Shown piece after piece: positions 48,101 to 54,281 of a stretch of 64,000 nucleotides of DNA. The notes beneath the pieces are model-generated. The model made no database searches, was not told the DNA's origin, and was given only the letters and a program-made list of their open reading frames with translations. How positions within the stretch are numbered: the stretch's first letter is position 1; every line of letters begins with the position of its first letter. Origin of the DNA: Iphione sp. A-MEVVRFRX5. Taxonomy: Eukaryota. Location of the stretch: positions 68,138,001-68,202,000 of the forward strand of contig OZ320316.1 of assembly GCA_976226885.1 (NCBI GenBank). The letters are read 5' to 3'. A program made the position numbers and the translations under genes.

Positions 48101-48773
48101 AATGTTCAACTTCTTTATGTATCATAGATCAGTACTTGCCTCCATTGCATAACTTTTTAATCTTCGAGCGGTGACCTCTGCATGGTTTAGGATCTGTTCA
48201 CGTATCCACTCACTGTGATGCCCTCTCGATCCAGGCACTGATAATGTAGAGCCAACCGACTTCGCGACCTGCTGGAAGCTGGTTTCGTCTACAGCGCGCA
48301 ACCGAAGGGAGGAGGCGGCCAGGTTGGTGCAGCTTGCCCAGGAGGAAGAAGAGCAGCGAATGCTGGGGGCACGGCGCCAGGCTGAGCTTAAGACCCAGGG
48401 TAAATCAGTGGAAAAGGAAGCCAGTACCGCACGAGCAGCACCGACAGTTCAACCCGCAGTACCTCCAGAGCCACCAAAGGAAACAGCAAGTGAAATGCCT
48501 ACCGCTGAGGTCGAAACAACACAAGAACCAGACAGTACGGCCTGTGTTTCCGAGGCATTAATAGAAGAGACACCACCAGTAACAAAAGAGATGTCTGCTG
48601 AGACGCATATGCAAGAGCCCATGGAAGATAAAACCTTCCTAGAAAAAAAGTTGGCAAAAATAGAAAAGGAAGCACCCGAGTGGAACCCAAAGTTTAGCGA
48701 TCAACCAGCAGACTCTCCTCCCAGGAAAAGTGACAATCTTGAGCCAATATCAGAATTGGCAGAAAAAGAGTAG
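1295..48773 (+). CDS. IQCM: IQ motif-containing protein M-like (IQCM-like); 27 coding exons, about 1,417 aa
   Basis: Exons joined by AG/GT boundaries with consistent phase and no in-frame stop: 1295-1487, 2410-2436, 3310-3420, 11667-11810, 12678-12852, 13119-13209, 14293-14405, 23128-23307, 23547-23715, 24269-24390, 24536-24581, 24874-24964, 25077-25134, 25413-25434, 25843-26722, 27953-28060, 28239-28338, 28504-28651, 33377-33438, 38479-38580, 38742-38888, 39072-39140, 39301-39421, 42072-42216, 43471-43605, 46093-46248, 48235-48773 (4254 nt). Three IQ motifs: AAVDIQRIFRGYIAR, AAIEIQRHLRGHLSR, AATIIQRDVRRWLIK. Segments IIGPHVEVY, DWRG and FQIYPPRGA..STWLNPIVDGEE resemble human IQCM (IGPHIEIF, DWRG, LYPPEGA..STWLRPIVNGEE) as recalled, not searched. 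The start codon is uncertain. Confidence 0.8.
2410..2436 (+). CDS. IQCM: IQCM-like micro-exon 2 (27 nt)
   Basis: TTTCTAG|...|GTTTGT; phase 1-1; GNDIYDEAG. Frame-neutral, so inclusion is not forced by phase. Confidence 0.55.
2674..3179. mobile_element. MITE with CAGTCGAATGCT terminal inverted repeats (Tc1/mariner-pogo-like)
   Basis: Left TA-CAGTCGAATGCTGCTATG in a (TA)n tract; right CATAGCATTCGACTG is its reverse complement; no ORF. Confidence 0.55.
3310..3420 (+). CDS. IQCM: IQCM-like exon 3
   Basis: TTTTACCAG|...|GTAGGT; phase 1-1; GSVYKDPAGGVISLRMTHLQKWGDFQKRQNNGQEML. Confidence 0.75.
3867..3982 (+). repeat. 45-47-bp tandem repeat, about 2.5 copies
   Basis: TTCATCAAATTAGCAGGAGATGA.. at 3867, 3912 and 3959. 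Confidence 0.85.
4082..4196 (+). repeat. 33-bp in-frame tandem repeat (11-aa unit) inside ORF 4010-4285
   Basis: Peptide units TIISPVPPNYD / TIISPMPPNFN / TVIPLILPNSD / TVIS. Confidence 0.75.
5515..6205 (+). pseudogene. Polinton/Maverick-type DDE integrase, C-terminal half with chromodomain; frameshifted
   Basis: EEVVKALQSILAEGSTPQSIRTDG; FQNKTVRTFLDKQG; IDVLQDLVKSYNHTMHSSLG; FNVGNEVHVS; KLKDWYGEPIKGTFYQQQLQKV; IEKILKRR..QVLVKWLHWPKKFN. This is the typical Maverick integrase pattern. Confidence 0.8.
6214..6600 (+). pseudogene. Polinton minor-capsid (penton)-like remnant
   Basis: Directly after the integrase: MEDIFFLSSNNSLEY, NLFVFCDVIEDSYV..KLPIIR. Resembles the LPSNxS...YxYCDIVE..VG..PLLR pattern of the gene that follows the integrase in Mavericks. 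Confidence 0.45.
7411..8117 (+). pseudogene. Intronless LRR + Ser/Thr stalk + transmembrane protein remnant
   Basis: ATG 7411 then a frameshift into LPFLSFERISAYPYGTCEYIPQRKHVICTGRNLRHYP (LRRNT-like), YVDLHRNRITHVP (LRR), VVDLRDNPLNC (LRRCT start), TTATTNSSSSSS stalk, GLCVCVSVAITFLVKKW (TM) and a cytoplasmic tail. Confidence 0.6.
8271..8430 (-). mobile_element. LTR (160 bp) of a Gypsy element
   Basis: Minus strand TGTAGTG...ATTACA; preceded by polypurine tract AAGAAAGGAAGGGA (8444-8431) and followed by PBS-like TGGCGATGAGGAT (8269-8257). Confidence 0.7.
8431..10116 (-). mobile_element. Internally deleted Gypsy/Ty3 retrotransposon (gag, protease, integrase C-terminus; RT/RNase H missing)
   Basis: Gag knuckle CFHCNKKDHLSKDQECPARGKECSKCGKMGHFVVCC (ORF 9483-9971); protease VLIDSGASCNIMD (about 9370-9330); integrase tail MYR..GTGK..MRKLG and STSNFNSEQYSV. 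Confidence 0.85.
10159..10435 (+). repeat. 77-bp tandem repeat, about 3.5 copies
   Basis: GCTGTAGTCAGGTG..CATTTTTAAAACA at 10159, 10236, 10313 and about 10390. Confidence 0.85.
11667..11810 (+). CDS. IQCM: IQCM-like exon 4
   Basis: TTTCCCTAG|...|GTACGT; phase 1-1; KLQHVGRSG...EEMTRDIIANYALLDEYRRLQE. Confidence 0.85.
12090..12120. repeat. (TAA)n microsatellite
   Basis: About 10 perfect TAA units. Confidence 0.95.
12678..12852 (+). CDS. IQCM: IQCM-like exon 5
   Basis: CTCGCAG|...|GTAAGT; phase 1-2; IKPWAEDRFKLLEKDLEEFYASTEAHYPAKRDKYPSFKEKL... Confidence 0.85.
13119..13209 (+). CDS. IQCM: IQCM-like exon 6
   Basis: CTCTTTAG|...|GTACAT; phase 2-0; SVTRDSDVRLDTLVNMIDTVTDEMTIHKEK. Confidence 0.85.
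13520..14250 (-). mobile_element. Non-LTR retrotransposon 3' remnant (L1/Tx1-like), copy 1
   Basis: Colinear with 42470-43200; minus-strand residue FCFLNF.. resembles the L1/Tx1 C-terminal region; contains an extra (TTCAAG)4 tract at about 13686. Confidence 0.45.
14293..14405 (+). CDS. IQCM: IQCM-like exon 7
   Basis: CCCTCAG|...|GTAAGC; phase 0-2, which bridges exons 6 and 8; VAPNPMASFRQPTVIVEPGSRPQTAPPGARARPPSPD. Confidence 0.75.
14590..19850 (+). mobile_element. DIRS1-like tyrosine-recombinase retrotransposon, copy A (left ITR, gag, RT, RNase H, MT, YR), decayed
   Basis: RT APPVAHLREQGVVLASYIDDIII (17231-17749); RH Y|TDAS..DNTTAVCYVNKMGG; MT IDLFASRLSHKMPEYVSWHPDP; YR RYSALNILRSTLS..GKHPYVIRMFTGFFNVRPP, HSTRSVS, GMWS. 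Confidence 0.85.
17847..18208 (+). mobile_element. tRNA-derived SINE inserted into DIRS copy A
   Basis: Box A TAGCTCAGTGGTAGAGC, box B GGTTCAATCC, non-tRNA body and (TGAAA)n tail; splits FSHVLY|TDAS. Confidence 0.85.
19860..22950 (+). mobile_element. DIRS1-like copy B (gag fragment, YR, ICR, right ITR), decayed and interrupted
   Basis: gag LQEHQFNLQRQFILELSENLKEGFSAFGQNLSAGL parallels the copy-A gag near 15900. YR ORFs 21415-21729 and 21760-21993; HSSRSAS, GMWSPAHTFK. ICR 22660-22750. The 22880-22920 segment is the inverted complement of 14590-14620. Confidence 0.8.
23128..23307 (+). CDS. IQCM: IQCM-like exon 8
   Basis: TACAG|CAG tandem acceptor; donor GTGAGT; phase 2-2; RDTRSESHAY...LDLVDWRGKVTPDSARS. 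Confidence 0.85.
23547..23715 (+). CDS. IQCM: IQCM-like exon 9
   Basis: CTGTAG|...|GTAAGC; phase 2-0; WSQNFGGHSYIQKMARPRSS...RYLWTPES. Confidence 0.85.
24269..24390 (+). CDS. IQCM: IQCM-like exon 10
   Basis: TTCTTCCAG|...|GTGAGG; phase 0-2; YTADNKRPAVAASHTTTEVDGEVVSSLLTTTKFNSAKMRI. Confidence 0.8.
24536..24581 (+). CDS. IQCM: IQCM-like exon 11
   Basis: TTCGCAG|...|GTAAAT; phase 2-0; PEMAEDDEYEDGFDL. Confidence 0.8.
24874..24964 (+). CDS. IQCM: IQCM-like exon 12
   Basis: long pyrimidine tract TTTTTCAG|...|GTCAAC; phase 0-1; RDFERQLSRGHDGASQQKAYLTFCSSLGGK. Confidence 0.8.
25077..25134 (+). CDS. IQCM: IQCM-like exon 13
   Basis: CTCTTGTAG|...|GTAAGT; phase 1-2; HQHQNVSPDEKSSSGNRQ. Confidence 0.8.
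25413..25434 (+). CDS. IQCM: IQCM-like micro-exon 14 (22 nt)
   Basis: TTTTTTAG|AAATCAAGACAAGTCATCACAG|GTTTGT; phase 2-0, required to join exon 13 to exon 15 in frame. Confidence 0.6.
25843..26722 (+). CDS. IQCM: IQCM-like exon 15 (large, low-complexity)
   Basis: Lies in the 300-aa ORF 25831-26733; ACTTCAG|GAT ... AGAG|GTGAGC; phase 0-1; GC-rich relative to flanks. Confidence 0.9.
27953..28060 (+). CDS. IQCM: IQCM-like exon 16
   Basis: TTTCTTAAAG|...|GTACAT; phase 1-1; TTLRKPDIEPLDRVPRLPPPSVMTEEEQHLVQPLK. Confidence 0.85.
28239..28338 (+). CDS. IQCM: IQCM-like exon 17
   Basis: ACACAAG|...|GTACGA; phase 1-2; FRMKHEDGTPITISCEPVKRKHHNTDKNGQHT. Confidence 0.85.
28504..28651 (+). CDS. IQCM: IQCM-like exon 18
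   Basis: TTTGTAG|...|GTGAGT; phase 2-0; DTGRDEACAACLQEQQENPRNK...YLPACDP. Confidence 0.85.
28818..33290 (+). mobile_element. DIRS1-like copy C, structurally near-complete (ITR, gag, RT, RH, MT, YR, ICR, ITR), decayed
   Basis: Left ITR 28818-28950 is inverted against the ICR arm 33010-33052 and the right ITR 33201-33275. RT FKMETLESV..MASLDI, FGLSSGPR. RH LFTDASK, QSDNAMAISYVNHIGG. MT VDAFSISW..YPPF. YR ORFs 32167 and 32346. Confidence 0.85.
33377..33438 (+). CDS. IQCM: IQCM-like exon 19 (start of IQ1)
   Basis: TTCATTAG|...|GTAAGT; phase 0-2; LEVAAATRRLKEAQAAVDIQ. Confidence 0.85.
34050..35070 (+). mobile_element. LINE fragment (CR1/L2-like APE C-terminus and RT N-terminus)
   Basis: IDLMITK..NNMSDHYGMY (APE SDH motif); ALKNKKSTNSDYLTIGLLK..IIVPIHKG (RT entry). 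Confidence 0.75.
36277..37013. mobile_element. CAGT-type MITE with TA flanks, inserted in DIRS copy D; spans the assembly gap
   Basis: TA-CAGTCGAACA..GGACAC at left; GTGTCCAGAATTGAGATGTTGCACTG-TA at right. Confidence 0.55.
36766..36893. other. Assembly gap (128 N)
   Basis: Run of N. Confidence 1.
38479..38580 (+). CDS. IQCM: IQCM-like exon 20 (IQ1 end, IQ2 start)
   Basis: ATTCCAG|...|GTGAGA; phase 2-2; IFRGYIARTNYKYLLREERQQREDKRKAAIEIQ. Confidence 0.9.
38742..38888 (+). CDS. IQCM: IQCM-like exon 21
   Basis: ACTTATAG|...|GTGAGA; phase 2-2; HLRGHLSRKHAIYNREPNRETLAWAKEYKQHLKVKERERQ... Confidence 0.9.
39072..39140 (+). CDS. IQCM: IQCM-like exon 22
   Basis: TTTCTTAG|...|GTAAGT; phase 2-2; NARKKAEADAKISIIGPHVEVY. 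Confidence 0.9.
39301..39421 (+). CDS. IQCM: IQCM-like exon 23 (IQ3)
   Basis: CCCCACAG|...|GTATGA; phase 2-0; PFHPKKTGPDRALLNRAATIIQRDVRRWLIKLRMEKLKRK. Confidence 0.9.
39562..39786. mobile_element. Small TIR element (CAGGGGGGGACA...TGTCCCCCCCCTG) with five internal 20-bp direct repeats
   Basis: TIRs visible; ATAAYGCTTCACCAAGAATT-like units at 39586, 39638, 39692, 39722 and 39753. Confidence 0.65.
40688..41232. mobile_element. CAGT-type MITE with TA target duplication
   Basis: TA-CAGTAGGACTTCCC..GGACACC at left; GGTGTCCTGATTAGAGAGGTCTCACTG-TA at right; shares internal sequence with 36277-37013. Confidence 0.65.
42072..42216 (+). CDS. IQCM: IQCM-like exon 24
   Basis: TTGCTAG|...AAGC|GTCTGT; phase 0-1; AKYHANSWTKFMTNYQELLRRIQLRAG...ISQFMDLKK. 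Confidence 0.9.
42470..43300 (-). mobile_element. Non-LTR retrotransposon 3' remnant (L1/Tx1-like), copy 2
   Basis: Colinear with 13520-14250; ORF 43011-43280 contains FCFLNFKIAHMVV. Confidence 0.45.
43471..43605 (+). CDS. IQCM: IQCM-like exon 25
   Basis: AAAATAG|...|GTATAC; phase 1-1; YESVFEKRAFSGEMEIEELPAYFHECDLYPAKSEIEEAMSSVFR. Confidence 0.9.
46093..46248 (+). CDS. IQCM: IQCM-like exon 26
   Basis: GTCAACAG|...|GTATAC; phase 1-1; QPAKRTRGLYRQEVLEVTFQIYPPRGAGLVDGRRSTWLNPIVDGEEAIKLS. Confidence 0.9.
46338..47012. mobile_element. CAGT-type MITE with internal insertion
   Basis: TA-CAATGAAACCTTTC..GGACA at left; CTGTAGACAGAGGTTCCACTG-TA at right. A related solo right end finishes at 41823. 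Confidence 0.5.
48235..48773 (+). CDS. IQCM: IQCM-like terminal coding exon 27
   Basis: GATCCAG|GC ACT GAT...; TDNVEPTDFATCWKLVSSTARNRR followed by a Glu/Pro/Ala-rich tail to TAG at 48771-48773. Confidence 0.9.
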
Positions 48774-51017
48774 CAATAATCTGCAGTAATAACCATCAAA
48801 AGTAAATAATTGATCAACTATTCACAGAAATCTTCGTTTATGTTTGAGTTAATTTCTATTACTTACCTTTGAGTTAATTTCTTATAGTTATTGTAAATAC
48901 AGAGCTGAATACAGATGAAATCTATTTCTATTTCGAAAACCATTAGACTAATATGCAATATTAATCTGCCTAATATAAAAGTGTAGCTTATAGCTTCTAT
49001 GCAAATTTGATTAAATAAAAATATATTAACGGAACGTCATACATGTAGCTAGGTCATTTGAATGTTCGTAACGTACTAGATGCCAGAAAAATAAGGGCGC
49101 GTGATTTAGAGGCGATTTGTATTACTCAACATTGGAAATAAATACTCAAATATATTCTCTGGTGTCATACTTCATAACTTAACCATCTAGTATAAAGTGT
49201 TGCAACTAAATGCTTCTGATATTGTCCAATTAAACATTTTCATTGCCATGTATTGCAACGTACAATGTCCTCAGGGACATTAAAAGTGAAGGCATCAAAA
49301 GCAAAGTGGCTCAATTTGCACTATTCTCCACAAAGGTCTCAGAAGGTAAATTCTGAAAACCTGTGCTGCAAAAGCCAGCAGATCTTTTAGGGAGGGGAGG
49401 GGGGCACAGAAAGCTGCCTTCCTAATTCTAATCCTGCCGTCCTAAAAATTTACCTCTAATCGAGTTTCACGTTATGTCAGGCCTTGTATAGCTACATAGG
49501 ACCAAAGGGTTTTGTGTACCCCCTTCGCATCCCTTAATATAAACTTGGAAGCTTCCGTTTCCTAGGTGCATGTATAGATCTCATGAAAGAATTCAACCCG
49601 CATGGGCTTTGTTCAAACGACATGTGATATTATGGCTACTTTGCTGTATTTCCTGCAGTTGATGCAGTGCGGACCTAGCGCACCTAAAAAAAAATTTTAC
49701 TCTCCTTAGTGAAAAAGCATTCCGTCAAGAGTAACATACAAGGTTCAGATTTCACAACTACCTTTGTGGTGCATTTCCCATTCCTCCTTAAACGCTGGAA
49801 GAGACTGAAGTCGAAAGTGCATTTTTTCTCAGAGACCACAATCCGTCAATGCCCAAATTTCTTTTGTTTTAGTCGCCATGAGATACTATCTGCAATCATC
49901 GAAGAAACATTCACCAGACTAGAACTAACTGTCCTTAGAGGCATTTTTTCATGGCCGCATTTTCACTTCTGTATTTTTACTGTTGTGTCGGCCTGTTTTC
50001 ACGGCAGGAGAAATCTGCACTATATTTTTACCGGCATGAAAGCATCAATTTCAGCCCAAAATCAGCTGGAAAACAGCAGTACTTGGCAAAATTTATGCAA
50101 ATTCAGCCCCAAACGGCAAAATCCATGCAAATTTGGTTGCAGAACTCGTAATTTTTGCTAAAAAAAAGACATAATTCATCCAAATTCGGGCGGCAAAGTC
50201 ACAAAACTGATGAACATATTTGAGGAAATGAGTAAATATGTATTTTTTGGTATGAAACATGGCTATTTCACTCTCACTTTTCATATACTGCTTAGGAAAA
50301 CACAAAAATTGGGAACTTTTCCAATCTAGAAACGCAGCCTCACACCCACGGAAATGTGGTGAAAGGAAACTCTCCTGCCGTTCCTCTATATAACCAAAAA
50401 TACATGCTAACTCGCCAATAAAAACGTCAGGAGATTCAGCGTAGCTCTGCATCTCTACCAGCACCACTTTGCCTCTTGCACATTACCAGTAAAATAGTAA
50501 ACTGACGAATCCCGTCTCAACATTTTTCTAGAACTGATATGTAACCCAGCATATCTGTGTCATAGTGGGATTGTTGACTGAAAACATTAATTGAGTACAT
50601 ACCAAGTAAACCCGCTCAAAGGATTTAACGTTAATGGTGAGGACTGCTATCTGCCTTTCTGCCGCTGAATGTGTGTTAAAGCTAGACAAAACAGCAACGG
50701 AAACACACGCAACTCAGATCAAACAGTTTATTCGGTTTAGATATTTTTATACAGGTACTGAATTGCTGGTCCAAAAATGGTTCGGTCTTCTCCACCTGAA
50801 AAGCTTGCTGGACTCCACGGCTGCGCACCGAAATTAACTTTTTCCTCAGTACAGATGTGAATTCATTAAGGCTGCAAATAAAACATCATGAAGTGAATAA
50901 CAAGATCAAATATGTTTCATATTTTAAACACCATTAATAGTAGTTCGAAAAACTATCAATATAACTACATGTACTACTGAAACAAAACAGCATTTTTCGT
51001 AAAGAGATGGATCACCT

Positions 51018-51792
51018 TCAACTCTCATTCTCATAGTCGACGGGGTTCTTCCTCTCTAGCCTACTGTGTTCTTTCTCTCCCCAGTCATAGATGAGGTACG
51101 CCAATATGAATGCTGTAAAATTGAAAGTATAATTGCATATCAAACAATGTTCACCAAATATCTCTCAATATATTATCTCCAAATCACACTTGCGTGGGTA
51201 TATATACACACACACATATATAAATGATGGTGCATGGACTCCTTACGAAGGGCTTGCTAATAGAAACCTATATACGGTATAGCGAAAAAAACAACCTGCA
51301 ATGGGCAAGAAAATCTACATGGCGAACTTTTTGGAGGTATATTTTAGTATATGCTAAGACCCAAATTCCCCCGAAGACGAATACGGAAAGGAACTTTGTA
51401 CATTTTAAGTAACAGTCTAGGAAGTACATGTAGAAGACATACTGACTTCCTCTTCACTTTGCATGGGTGACCGCTGGTCTTAGCCGTCTATTCTTACTAT
51501 GTATAATCAATTGAAAGACAATAATTTGGAGATTGACAAAACACTATTGGTCTAGTATAATCCAACTAAATGCATATCTGCATATATTTCTTATTGGGTA
51601 TTCAAAAAAAGGGGAGGAAAATATATCCAACGTACGGGGAGCTACTCTGAATACTTGGCTCCTAAATCGTCGAACCAGATTGGGCAACCCTTGGGAGATG
51701 GCACCAGCGAATGCTCTCTGCTCAAGTGGTGACAAACTGTAAGAGATCACACCCCGCACACGGGTGGGCAGTTCTCCAAAGTGCAGACCCAT
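51018..51792 (-). CDS. UQCRQ: Cytochrome b-c1 complex subunit 8 (UQCRQ/QCR8), 83 aa, two coding exons (51792-51636 and 51112-51018)
   Basis: Spliced product MGLHFGELPTRVRGVISYSLSPLEQRAFAGAISQGLPNLVRRFRSQVFRVAP|PFILAYLIYDWGEKEHSRLERKNPVDYENES has the QCR8 hallmarks ISYSLSPxEQRA and RKNPxxYEN. Donor C|GTACGT, acceptor TTTTACAG. An acceptor just upstream of the ATG (about 51803) implies a 5' UTR exon further along. Confidence 0.95.
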
Positions 51793-52365
51793 GCTTGCCC
51801 TACTGAAAGAAGAAGATCAACATGTGATTAAAACTACAAATTATGAGTTCAAATGTGGCGAATATCTCGGTTCTTGAAACTTCTGCGTGTGGAGCCTGTT
51901 TGTTCTTCTCAGGAATTCTCCAAATCATGTAAGCATTCATTAGCATTATAGTAACACTGCATATAAACGCACATGTGCGTAGACACATACATACATACAC
52001 AGAGGTGACAGGGTCAAATTAGAACATAATATCTTAGCCCATCATCCATCCGCATTTAGTGTTAGGTTATACAAAGTCACTATGGTGATTCGAATTATAG
52101 ACTGATTTTTTTTTATGTTACTTGTATGCCACATGCAAAGAATTTATCATAGGCACAGGTTAGAGATATGTAAGAACACTTATCCCATCTATATATGAGA
52201 CGAGAATGGTGCAGTGAATGCTATATATTAAGGTCACACTCTCTTAGTGAGAGCATGAGTGAGAGTATGAGTGACAGTGTGATTGAGAGTAAGACGCTGC
52301 CTTTTTCACTTCTCAGCAGCTGCCTGCTGACTGAAGGGAGGGGGGGGGGGTGGAAGTGGCTGGGG

Positions 52366-52510
52366 GAGGATGGGCTGCTACCAAGGGACCCTGGCGGCCC
52401 CCTGCAGTCTAGCAGCGTAGTCATAAGTGCTAGGTGAGGATGGGCTGCTACCAATGGACCCAGACGGCTGCCTGCAGTCTAGCGGGGGTGTCATAGTGCT
52501 GGGGGATGGC
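52366..52510 (+). repeat. 70-bp GC-rich tandem repeat, about 2 copies
   Basis: GAGGATGGGCTGCTACCAA at 52366 and 52436. Confidence 0.8.
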
Positions 52511-52788
52511 GGGCCGCTACTGCTACACACCTGCTGGCCACGGTGGGTGCTCAGAGGTGGAGGAAGGACCTGTTGCCACTGTGGACCAACCCCTGTAACC
52601 CCTGCTGGGCTATTGCCATGCCACCACCGCACTTCAGCTATACTGCTGGCTTGGTAGGACGCGTTGCATGGGTCGGGGGGGTAGGTTCTAAGAGGCTGGG
52701 AAAAGATGTTTCTCAGTCAGGGTAGGTGATTCATGCTCCCATCTGATTCCCTTCTGCACTGACCCCCAGCAGCTGTCACTCAAATGAC

Positions 52789-53470
52789 CTTCTTCTTCTT
52801 GGGTTTTCGACTGTCCAAGGACAGTTGAAGGTGCCCTGTTCTCTAGAACTGGCACCCCTGGTCTGCAGAAAGGTATTGCTTAGCAAGTCTGCAGTGGGTG
52901 CTTCCATAGGAAGGCAATCAGTTCCTAGTGGTGCCTGAGGGACTGTGATTTTGAAATGTGCAGTGCCAGGTCATCTACTGGGGCTGTGTGTAGCTGCTCA
53001 TTTAAGTGTTCCAGAAGCTTCTGCCGTTCTCTCTGTAGGGCAGGGCAGTTAGCCAGGTAGTGGATGACCATCCGGTTCAATGGGTATGTGCATCTGGGAC
53101 AGGTGTAGTCTCTTGTTATCTCTCGATATGTTCTTGTTCTTGTTCACATCATGGCAAGTGAAGTTCTAAAGGAGACTGAAATGTCTCTCTATGTTGTTTT
53201 GCCATTTGGGAGTTGCTTTTTCCATTTAACAGATGTGCTTGCTTCTATTTGTGTATTCCATGGGTCCTGGTTTTGCTCTATCTTATGCTTATGGGGATGT
53301 TGATGTCGACATATGGTTTCCTGGCACTCATCTTGGCCGCTCTGTCTGCTGCATCATTTCCAGGTATTCCCACATGGCTCGGGATCCAGTTGATGAGGTA
53401 TCTGGGCATTGTTGTTTCTGCTGTTCTATGGATCTGGTTACCCCTGACTAAGGATGTGTAATGGACAAAC
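52789..53470 (-). mobile_element. RNase H-bearing LINE 3' end (I/Nimb/Ingi-like)
   Basis: Minus strand INWIPSHVGIPGNDAADRAAK (RNase H), CPRC..HYLANCP (terminal knuckle) and an (AAG)n tail ending near 52789. Confidence 0.8.
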
Positions 53471-53792
53471 TTGCCATCTCATGATCAAAGAGTGAACTAC
53501 CTCCTCATTGAACTCTGGTGTGGAATTAAACAAGTAACAGGTGCAGCCAGGGCTGCAAATGGAGGTCATATTCTCCCTCTATAATGTTGCATTGTTACAT
53601 ATGAATTAATAGTTGCCAAGATATTGTAGTTTTTCTTTTTACACGCACATATACCGGGTCACCCTGACAACCCCCTATCACCTGTGTTCATTGCACTGGA
53701 GCATTTTGGTTGTCCCATCCTTCTATGTACAATAGTTACCAAGTTCTTACAGTTTTTTCTCTTTACCCACATTTCGACTGGGTCACTCTATT

Positions 53793-54266
53793 TTCATACT
53801 CTCCAATATGTTTTCACTCACACTTGTGTTCTCATTCATATTCCTGCTCTCTTCATGTTCTTACTGACACTCATGTTCTCACTCTTATTCTTAGTTATGT
53901 TCTCACTCACATTCATACTCTTACACACATACTGTCATATTCTCACTCATATTCATGCTCTCATTAACATCCGTGCTGTCTTCATATTCTGACTGAAACT
54001 TGCGGTCTCATTCATACTCTCACTCATGTTCTCACTGATAGTCATGTTCTCAATCCTACTCCTACTCATGTTCATGAAGAAAGCACAAGTATGAATGAGA
54101 GCATAAATGTGAGTGAGAATATAACAGAGTATGCATGTGCAAGTATGGGTATGAGTCAGAACATAACTAAGAATAAGAGTGAGAACATGAATATCAGAAA
54201 GAACATGAAGAGAGCAGGAATATGAATGAGAACACAAGTGAGTGAGAACATATTAGAGAGTATGAA
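53793..54266. repeat. Long inverted repeat (arms 53793-53966 and 54091-54266)
   Basis: Arms are reverse complements over about 175 bp, with roughly 85% identity by eye; loop about 125 bp. Confidence 0.85.
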
Positions 54267-54281
54267 CATAGACAGCCCAGT

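Noticed and set aside
49709-50467. ORFs of 150 aa (+) and 124 aa (-) between the two genes
   Set aside because: No recognisable motif and no convincing splice context; probably non-coding repeat-derived sequence.
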